DNA from: Felis catus
Lineage: Eukaryota
DNA length: 64,000 bases
Direction of reading: 5' to 3'
NCBI RefSeq assembly: GCF_018350175.1
Contig: NC_058383.1
Coordinates: 15,130,001 to 15,194,000 of the forward strand
Shown: positions 62,544 through 64,000 of the stretch, one piece after another
Layout: every line of letters starts with the position of its first letter
How positions within the stretch are numbered: position 1 is the first letter of the stretch
Made by a program: the position numbers and the translations under genes
Notes under the pieces: generated by a model
The model's input: the letters and a program-made list of their open reading frames with translations, nothing else
Database searches by the model: none
What the model was told of the DNA's origin: nothing

Positions 62544-63040
62544 AAGGATTCTAAGTCTTAGGAAACCATTGCTTCATCGCTTCATTAATGCTACCCAAAG
62601 AGATAGTGGATCCTCCAGGGAGTGAAGTCTTAGGCGGATGAAATCTGTAGGCAGGGCATTGCAGGTGACACACAGGGCAGAGGACTGCTCAGCCATGGTG
62701 GAGCTACTCCACAGACTGACCTGAGGTTGTACCTGAGTTTGTACTCTCACCCCCTTTGCTTGCCATCATTCACTCTAGGCTTGAGACTTCTTCGGGACCC
62801 CAATGAGGAGAAAGGCTCCCCCATTTTAGCATCTTCTGCATCAAGGCTGCAGAATCCTTCAGCGGTTGCTCAACATCTCTGGTCAGGTTTCTCTCCACCC
62901 CTAAATCCCCACCCAACATACACATCTCCTTGTACTTCTTTATCCTCATTTCGAAGGGAATTAGTGGACAGGAAAGGCAAATGTGGGCTTAGTCTGATGT
63001 CCTGAGCAAAAACAACCTATACTTTTGAGGGAATAAATGG

Positions 63041-63043
63041 GTT

Positions 63044-63077
<34 letters not shown>

Positions 63078-63291
63078 TTTTCTTTTTTAACGTTTATTTA
63101 TTTTTGAGACAGAGAGAGACAGAGCATGAAGAGGGGAGGGGCAGAGAGAGAGGGAGACACAGAATCTGAAACGGGCTCCAGGCTCTGAGCTGTCAGCACA
63201 GAGCCCGACGCGGAGCTCGAACTCACGGACCGTGAGATCATAACCTGAGCCGAAGTTGGACGCTTAACCGACTGAGCCACCCAGGCGCCCC
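63041..63291 (-). mobile_element. Can-SINE with (TTTTG)n tail
   Basis: CpG-rich body ending 'gagccacccaggcgcccc'. Confidence 0.97.
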
Positions 63292-63692
63292 AATGGTTTT
63301 GACACTATACCAAAAAAACAAGAAAACAAAAAAATAAAACATAGAACCCTGATACCAAATCTGGAAGGAAAAAAAAAAAAGAAACAAAGCAGAAAGACGG
63401 AATCTGCTACCCAAAACTCACTTAAAATGTAGAATAAAAATAGCAGCAAATTAAATCTAACAACACAGGAAGAGTTGTGGCCATCTAGAGTTTATCCCAG
63501 GAATGCAAGACAGTTGAATTACGATGTCTAATATTAAGAAATGCCACAAAAACTAGGTCCAATAAGAAAATCATGCCACATTTTCAAAAGAAGCCTCCAA
63601 AGACCGATGCTGTTTAATACTTACTCTTAATAAAAACACAATAACTAGAATTAAAAGCATTCTCCTTTGGCTTGGTAAAGATTTTATACCTT

Positions 63693-63906
63693 GGGGCACC
63701 TGGGTGGCTCAGTCAGGTAAGCGTCTGACTTCAGCTCAGGTTGTGATCTCACAGTTCGTGAATTTGAGCCCTGAGTAGAGCTCTGTACTGACAGCTTGGA
63801 GCCTGGAGCCTGCCTCAGATTCTGTGTCTCCCTCTCTCTGTCCCTCCGCCATCAGTGCTCACACTCTCTCTCTCTCAAAAATAAATAAACATTGAAAAAA
63901 ATTTTT
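63693..63906 (+). mobile_element. Can-SINE
   Basis: TSD AAGATTTTATA(C/T)CTT at 63678-63692 and 63907-63921. Confidence 0.96.
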
Positions 63907-64000
63907 AAGATTTTATATCTTAATTAAATAGCCAACAGTATAACCTACCATATAGAATACTTTTGACTGGGGCATTTCCATAAAATAAAGAATAACACAA

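Noticed and set aside
5860..63906. tRNA-like A/B box sequences
   Set aside because: All are heads of tRNA-derived Can-SINEs followed by (CT)n and A tails, not tRNA genes.

Overview
This is mammalian genomic DNA, almost certainly from a felid. It carries about 20 tRNA-derived Can-SINEs, including young SINEC_Fc-type copies, and a cat-type L1 3' end. I recognise no protein-coding gene, RNA gene or processed pseudogene. The ORF track consists of chance ORFs, SINE or microsatellite read-throughs and decayed L1 ORF1/ORF2 pieces. The window has two zones. Roughly 1-24 kb is relatively GC/CpG-rich, L1-poor and L2/MIR-containing. It holds two CpG-rich patches (about 3.4-4.7 kb and 12.9-13.5 kb), clusters of inducible transcription-factor motifs (NF-kB, CArG, AP-1, CRE/UPRE, FOX, NFAT) and one candidate minus-strand exon. 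Roughly 24.4-64 kb is AT-rich and L1-dense. It holds multi-layer nested insertions, two twin-primed (5'-inverted) L1s, a probable micro 3' transduction, a Tigger1-derived MITE, an MLT1F LTR and a full-length but disabled carnivore L1 with target-site duplications (TSDs). I could not identify the locus and see no evidence of a novel multi-gene system. The best leads are regulatory elements, the candidate exon and retrotransposition footprints. Repeat family names are from recognition, not from a database search, and boundaries of old repeats are approximate.
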